From Vicugna vicugna (taxonomy: Eukaryota): DNA of 64,000 nt. How positions within the stretch are numbered: position 1 is the first letter of the stretch; every line of letters starts with the position of its first letter. Position numbers and translations under genes: made by a program. Positions 57,145-64,000 of the stretch are shown piece after piece. The DNA lies in NCBI GenBank assembly GCA_013265495.1, contig MU058257.1, positions 379,418 through 443,417 on the forward strand. Direction: 5' to 3'. The notes beneath the pieces are model-generated. The model was not told the origin of the DNA and ran no database searches. It saw nothing but the letters and a program-made list of their open reading frames with translations.

Positions 57145-57566
57145 GATGTTGGAGCTAACATTTTATAAAAAAGGATTTTTACTAAATAACACAAAGATAA
57201 AATCCTTGTAATGTGTATCATTCAGTTGTCAACATTAAATTTCCTCAAGTATTCAATGATTAGACTATGCTTTGCAAAAGTAAATGGAAGCATTTAACAG
57301 GTTTGTTTTTTTTTTTTAACTATCTAAGCAGATATCTAGAGATGTGTTTGGTTTAGATGTTGGAGCTAACATTTTATAAAAAAGGATTTTTACTAAATAA
57401 CACAAAGATAAAATCCTTGTAATGTGTATCATTCAGTTGTCAACATTAAATTTCCTCAAGTATTCAATGATTAGACTATGCTTTGCAAAAGTAAATGGAA
57501 GCATTTAACAGGTTTGTTTTTTTTTTTTTAACTATCTAAGCAGATATCTAGAGATGTGTTTGGTTT
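57145..57566. repeat. Near-perfect tandem duplication, 2 x ~210 bp
   Basis: 57145-57354 equals 57356-57566 apart from T12 vs T13; single extra A at the junction. Confidence 0.95.
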
Positions 57567-57609
57567 CATTTTATTATAGGCACACATTTCTCCTTAATGG
57601 CTTTTCCAA

Positions 57610-57713
57610 GAGAGAGGAAAGGGACATAAGAAGAGGAGGGGGAGAGAAGAGACGGGAGGGGAGGGGTGAGGAAAGGGGGAGGGGAGAGGTGAAAGGGAGG
57701 GGAGAGAAGAGAG
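57610..57713. repeat. Polypurine (G/A-rich) low-complexity tract
   Basis: gagagaggaaaggg..gggagggaggggtgaggaaagggggaggggagagg. Confidence 0.8.
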
Positions 57714-60700
57714 ATAGTCCCTTCAGGTATTTTTCCTCCTTGACTTTCCCTTATATCTCCACCCAGACTTGAGGCACAACCATAACAGTTAAAACTGGTT
57801 CTAGTTATCAACTTTTTCCAGTTGCCCAGATTTTATAAGGACATGAGAAAAAAAACAAAAGCAGGGTTATCCTAAGGGAGATAGTAGAAAAATAAACTGG
57901 GTGCCACTAGCCAGATGTGTGACCTTGAGAACTCACCTGACCTCTGGTGATGATTTACTGACTTGCCTAGCAAATGGTGATCATTATGGTTGCTTTCAGC
58001 TCAGAAGCTCTGTGAAAAGTATTCTTAAGATTCTAGGAAGATCACAGTCCAGCCTCGACTGTTCACCACATCTGCCTCAGTGCCTTCATAGCCATGCTGC
58101 TCTCTTTCACTGATACCCATGCCCGTCCCAGTTAGAGTGGACTCTTTGTTATGCAGCATTTTCAGGAAAAATTATTTGGTAATTCAAATGTCATAGTAAA
58201 TAAAAAGCATAAATGCCAAACATAAGCACATAAATACTTATAGCCAAACTTTTACAAAAAGCAATTTAATTGATTTTTGGTGACTCTGAGCGCATCTTAT
58301 GATTTTAGAATATTTGAGGGGGGTGTCATCAGGAGCTATCACAGTTCAGTGCATATATGAGGTGTCTACTGGTAGAATGTCCGTTAGAGAAAAGCTGAGT
58401 TCTCTAAATTCTTAGCATTACCTTGAGCCATTTTCAATTGAGAAACACAGAGATCCATTATAAACCCTTGCACACATCTTCAAAGGTTACAGAAACTGGA
58501 ACTAAGCCACTTACTCCGAGTTTCTATCTAATAACAGGATTTCTCATAAAAATCCAATCAATCTAGATCTGAAATACATCATTTCTAAGCAAAGATATTT
58601 TTGACCGACAGAAGGGTGAATTTATTTAGCACAGGATTTGTGAAGATTTCACCAATGAGGAAGAATGGGAACTATCGGAAAGGGTGGACTAGCAATAGCA
58701 AAATCTAGATTTTATCCTCGGATCTGCTATTTGAATTCCTGATTACAATTATCCTTCTTAATTGTAGAAGTCAAGTAATCATAGCAGTGATTTGACTTCA
58801 TAGTCATGAGCTTCAGTCTCATTCCTGAGTTGGTCTTAAAAATGATCCAGCACATCTTCTTATTCAGTGCAAGAATGTCTAATTTCCATGGTAGATGGTC
58901 TTATAGACCAGGCTTGAATGACCTCAGTGACAGAGAAAATGAGCATATGACCTTAGCAGGCAACTGCCCGTTCTGTCACAGGACAGTTCTTACTGCCAGA
59001 AAGTCATTTTGTATCAAACAGAAATCTGCCTGAAAGTGACTTCCACCCACTGGAAATTGGACCAACAGGAGTAACATGGAACAAAGCCAGGCCCTTACCC
59101 TAGGGTGGCTGAGTCGCCAAATTTGCTGATTAAGTATTCGTAGGTTCAACCCTCCATGGATAATTAGTTTTAAACAGTGAAGACCTGATCAGACACAATA
59201 GTTGGCTATTGGCAAATTCTAGTTTGGGTTTTCAAGGGCACTGAGGAAGATCCCAAGATTGCATCAGCTAAGCTCATCATCACCCTGGAAATAGAAGTGA
59301 AAGTGCATATCCTGTTAAAGAGGCAAAAGAAACCCTGCCTTTTAAAGCCAGAAATGGTAGTTGGACTTTGCAACTGCTAATATCCAGAAAATAGAAACAG
59401 ACTTAACTCTTATCACCCAAGGCAGGCACCTGGGAATTATGCTTGATTCTTCCTGTTTCCTCTTTCCCCCAAGTCTAACGGGTCCCATTACTTCCCCCTC
59501 CTCTCAATCCCCACCGGTTCAGGTGGGCCCCTTCTGGTCTTGTCTGGACTACAGCAGTGTTGTTCTCCACAGAGTACAGGATTTTTGCCTGTATTGTCCA
59601 GCGCTGGGTCCCTAGCACCTAGAACATTACCTGACATACATGTGAGTTCAACAAATACTGAAGAATTTTCATAGTTTCCCCCATGGTCTGACTCCTCTCT
59701 TTCCATTGCAGCCCCATGACCTACATGGCTTCTTTCCTAGTACCAGGGCATCCGCTTGCTTAAAGTCGTTCCTATACAGACAGAGTTCCAGCTCCCGAGC
59801 AAGACAAACACGGCCTTTCAGAGTCCGGCCCCCATTTAGCTACTCGTACCATCTCCTGTCACCATGCCACTCAGCCCTGAGGCACATTAAATAGCTCACA
59901 GTTCCCTGCCTTCCTTTGCTTTTCGACCCTCCCTGAGATGCTATGACCCACTTGTTCCCTGGCAAACACCTAGTGGGCAGTTTAATGTCCAGCTCAAATA
60001 GATGTCCCGTGTAAAGTGACCTGTTCTTTCCTCTGAGCACTCAGTGGCACTTTGTGTTTCACCTCCTTAGTCCTGTTCTGCAAAGTACCGTAATCATCCC
60101 AGGCCAGTCTATCCTCCCATCAAACCTAAGTGAGGGTCTCTATTCTATTTCTTCCTAGAGACTGGCACACCGAGAACAGGGCTCAGTAAATGTCTGTTGA
60201 AATGAAATGAAAATATAGTGTAACAAGGTATTTTAAAGTCTTACATTTGTAAAACACTTTCTGCTTTGTAGATGACAAACCTGACATGCTAGTATATGTT
60301 TTCCTATAGTTCTGTGGGACTCACTTCCAGATTCTTGAACTCAACTTTTAAGACTTATTTTGAAAATTAGTACTATTTTAAAAATATCTCTACAAAGACA
60401 TCTGGATATCATTTCATAACATATATTCCATTACTCAATCCACATACACATATCAAAGTGAAAACAATGAGAATTTTTAATATAATCTTTTTTTCTTTCT
60501 GAATGAAATACATTTTATTTTCAATACACAGAGATGTGCCTCTACCTAAGGGTGTGGATTCCACAGGAAGGTAATACAGTGACTAATTTCTTTCAGGAGT
60601 AAAGTTTTGTTTTGTTTTGTTTTGTTTTGGAAAGTTTAGTTGGATTCCATAGTATAATATGCAGCTAGAGGTCAGTTACTCGGAAAAACCCAACAAACCC

Positions 60701-61076
60701 CACTTTCCTAATGTTGTACACAATACATAAATAGAAAAACTGACCCATCACCTGGGAAGACTCTCTAATCACTGTCCTCTTGCTCCCGGCTACACTGAAA
60801 CTCCTCTTGCCCAGTCCATTACACGGCAGTCCCTGGACTGGCCGCGGCGACTGAACCTCTCCAGCCCACTACAGCCTGGGCATGTCCCAGGATGGGGGGG
60901 TGGGGGCTGGCCAGGGCCTCCAGCTCTTCTCTTCCTCACACAAAGAGAAAGGGGCAGTGATTCTTCTTGCTTAACCACATCCAAGGCCTTTTATGTTCTA
61001 AGTCTCATTTTCCATCTCCTCCTTAAACAGTTCTGTGGCATGTATTTCCATACAGTTTTCCGGGTGGACGAACCTA

Positions 61077-61088
61077 GGTTTCACTTTC
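61077..61088 (-). promoter_or_regulatory. IRF-E/ISRE motif in OPTN intron 1
   Basis: GAAAGTGAAACC on the minus strand, a consensus IRF1/2 site, ~630 bp downstream of the exon 1 donor. Confidence 0.7.
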
Positions 61089-61399
61089 TCTTACGATGTT
61101 TACTGCCTCCAGCTTAACACATTACCGACAACACAAACAATTCCTTCGAGGTTCTCAGCCTCATCAAATATTCATACTCTCTATGTATGTATCTAAATAT
61201 ACACACAAACACATACATACACACATGCTCTCCTAGACACAACGGTTTATGAACATTCCTTTCGGCTGTTCGGTAATCCCACCACCTCAGAGCAGTAACC
61301 AGTTCTTTAGTGTCCCGGGCAGTCTCATAAAGCTAGAGTAGTTTTTACGCCTTTCAAAAGTGTGCCCTTAACCACTTCCCGTTTGGTGAGGAACTGGAT

Positions 61400-62250
61400 G
61401 TATAATCATTCCCGACCTGCGGGAGGTTGGCACCCTGACCTACAAGAGGAAGTCACCTGCCGCCAGCCAGGCGGGTAAAAAAGGGGGAAGGGCGCTTTGC
61501 GATGGACGCCCGCGCTGCCCTCTCGCACCGGGTCAGGATCCGTCGGGTCCTGGAAACCCTCCCAGCGCCGCCATCCCCCAGACTCTCCCACCCCCACTTG
61601 CCACCCACACCTCTACTGGCTCCGGGTCGCAGGGAAGCGAGCTGCGGGAATAGCTTCCAGGGCGGACAGGGAGTCACCCGCCTCGCCGAGCCCCTTCCCG
61701 CCCCCTGCCCCCGCTCACCCGGCGCCCAGGCTTCGGCCTCCTTCGGGGTCACTGCTTCCTCGGCATCGTGCCCGCTGGGAGAAGGCTCCGGATCCGGATG
61801 CAGACGCCTATCAGGGGACCGGCGGGGGGTGGAGGCGGCGGCGGTTGCAGCTCGGGAGCCTTGGGCCTACGCGCTGCCACGCGACCCCGCCCAGCGCTGC
61901 ACAGCTGACTGGCCTCCCCACCTCCACTGGGGAATTTTCCGCGCCCCGCCCACGCCCCGCCCTCCGAGGCCCCGCCCCCTCAGGCCCCGCCCCTCAGCTC
62001 TCTTGCCCCGCCCACAGCCTCCCAAGCCAGCTCTCAGGCAGCTTCAAGGCCGGCAGGTGGGTTAATGCGGGTTGCACAAAGGGATCAGTGTGACAACCGT
62101 GACGTACGGCGTTAATTAAAATAAATTATTAATTAAATGAAGTGTGAGGACTCGGTCTTTCCCGCTGCGGGGTCCGCAAGGAGTCCAAAGCTATAGGGGT
62201 CGCTGCGCCCCATGGAAAGAGGGGAGTTGTTCAAGGCATCTTTGAAGCCA
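61400..62250 (-). promoter_or_regulatory. OPTN CpG-island promoter with kappaB site and GC-box cluster
   Basis: High CpG density, GGGGAATTTTCC at 61929-61940, five CCCCGCCC GC boxes in 61943-62013. Confidence 0.88.
61719..61900 (-). other. OPTN: OPTN non-coding exon 1 (TSS approximate)
   Basis: Donor GCGCCGG|gtgagc at 61719/61718 within the CpG island; sequence resembles the human OPTN 5' UTR as recalled. Confidence 0.75.
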
Positions 62251-63649
62251 GCCCTCTATCTCTGTTAAAGACCTTACAGCTAGAAACCTGAGCATGCGCG
62301 CCTTTGCACCCGATTTTGCCCTTAAAATAGACCTTTAATTAAAAACACAAAGCCTGCAGGATGCTTTTGGGCCTCTCGTTCCTGGGGAACAGACCAACCG
62401 TTGACATGCGGATGCTTCAGGTGCTGTGGACAGGTGGAATTACTGGATTGAACTGGTTGTATATGGAAAGCAGAAGTACTGATCTACTGTACCGGAGAAG
62501 GGCAGATGCTGCAGGACTAGTGAAAAGGGAGGAAACAAGATGAGAAGGGAGGGAGAGCCGCCCTAGTTTGCATCGAAAGCACCGCGAGAAGGGATAAGCA
62601 AGGACGTGGGCACAGGCGGCACAAGGCATCTGACCGCGAGGTCAAAGTCTCGCCAAGCAAGTGCCCCCGATTCTCTGGGCAACAGGCCCTTTCTGCAAAA
62701 CAAGAAAACAGAATTTAGGGCGGGGTCCCAGGAAGCTATGAAGAGAGAGAGGGTCTGAGAGGTTTGTGCTGAAAAACAAGAAGGACGTCACATGGGGGAA
62801 GAACTTGGTTTATGAATGAAGGGGCTGATACTGCCCAAATCAGCGGGATACGAAGCACGTTGTTGCGCGCTCCAGCTGATCACTGGTTAGGCATAAACGG
62901 GGAAAAGAGAAAGAAATCCTAAACCGCACAGGAAAAGACTGATGTGCCCTCTCCTGGTATCCTGAAGGGTTCAATTTCTCCATTTAGACCGCCCGTTCCA
63001 GCCGCTTTCCCTGCCCAACCCTTAGCACCACCCTGAGGTTAACCCCCAGAGCAGGGCAGGGAGGGCTAGCAAATCAGCACCTGCCTCAGACCCAGTTCCC
63101 CAGAGGCCCTCCCTGACGGAGCCTGTTATAAGTGTCTGGGGTGAGCCAACTCCAAATGGCTTCTGCTGTTTTAAACCATATGAGAGAGAGAGAGAAAATG
63201 AATACAAGAGAAGCTCTTAGCAGGGAGGGGATAGGATTGGAGGAGTCATACACAAGGCTGCCCCGCCCCACGGGGTGGGGAGGTGGGAGGTACGTTTCTG
63301 GTAGAGGAACTGGTGGAGGTAGTCTTCTCCGGACCCACCTGCTCCTGAAGCGTTGGCTACTCCCGCCACCGCTTAGTTACCTGACCTTGGACAAGTTACC
63401 TAATCTTGCTGTGCCGCATTCCCTTTATCTGTCAAACGGAGTCTCTAATACAGGTCCCAAATCCACAGACTCTGAGACTCCAAAGACTTTCTTAGTTCCA
63501 CTGGAGGCAAAACCTGACCCAAACAGATGTAAAGTTATTTACAGTCTTTGTTTACACCACTGGATGTGATTATTTGTTTCTTTGAAGGTGATGCAGGAAA
63601 AATGAAAGTGGGGCTAGGGGAGGGCCATGTCCCAGGTCTCAGCTGAGTC

Positions 63650-64000
63650 CCTGGGACGTGCCCCACCAGGTGTGGATCCTTGGCTTTGTGCAGGAAAGAA
63701 TTCAAGCGCAAGCCACCGCTGAGTAAAGGTAGATTTATTTAGAGAGACACACACTGCATACGATGTAAGGCAAGAGAAAGGCAAGGAAAGAGGTGTGGGA
63801 ACTGGGTGCTCAGGTTAAAGTAAAAGTAGGTACACACTCCATAGACGGAGTGCGGGCATTCTCTGAAGAGGAGGGAGTGAAAAAGGCCCGCTAGGTGTGG
63901 TGTTGCCGGTTTTTATGGGCTCTGTAGCTTCACGTGCCTACAGGTGGGACCGTTCCAACTACCATGGGGAGGGGGCTGGGATTCCCAGGAATTGGGCCAC
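63650..64000 (-). mobile_element. ERV1-type LTR (3' portion; continues beyond right edge)
   Basis: ggatccttggcttt..aggaaagaattcaag..agatttatttagagagacacacact pattern typical of reversed ERV1 LTR U5/R. AATAAA on minus at 63739-63734. Confidence 0.65.

Noticed and set aside
57145..57566. CRISPR-like or other prokaryotic-style repeat system
   Set aside because: Only two long copies with no spacers, in a mammalian intron; no prokaryotic features anywhere in the window.
61406..62093. 187-198 aa ORFs over the OPTN promoter
   Set aside because: GC-rich CpG-island artefacts with low-complexity Pro/Arg/Ala content and no homology.

Overview
This is eukaryotic (mammalian) DNA, and two tRNA-derived SINEs resembling camelid Vic-1 suggest alpaca/llama/camel. 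Two spliced genes lie on the minus strand. OPTN (optineurin) is complete: a non-coding exon 1 in a CpG island at ~61.7-61.9 kb plus 13 coding exons at 55369-23619, giving 573 aa (574 aa with a NAGNAG Ser). The 5' half of MCM10 follows, with a CpG-island promoter at ~13.4 kb and exons 1-9 running off the left edge. I traced all splice sites by hand; all are GT-AG and in phase. There are two retrocopies: a frameshifted TAF10 processed pseudogene in MCM10 intron 9, and a 5'-truncated POLE4 retrocopy (missed by the ORF track) inside an intergenic L1. The rest is L1, L2/MIR, LTR and DNA-transposon debris. Smaller oddities are a near-perfect 210-bp tandem duplication in OPTN intron 1, an L1 insertion ~8 nt from an OPTN splice donor, changes around the OPTN LIR motif, a 5-codon uORF and two NAGNAG acceptors. 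I found no convincing novel biological system. Comparisons with human sequences are from memory, repeat family names are by eye, and both need database confirmation.
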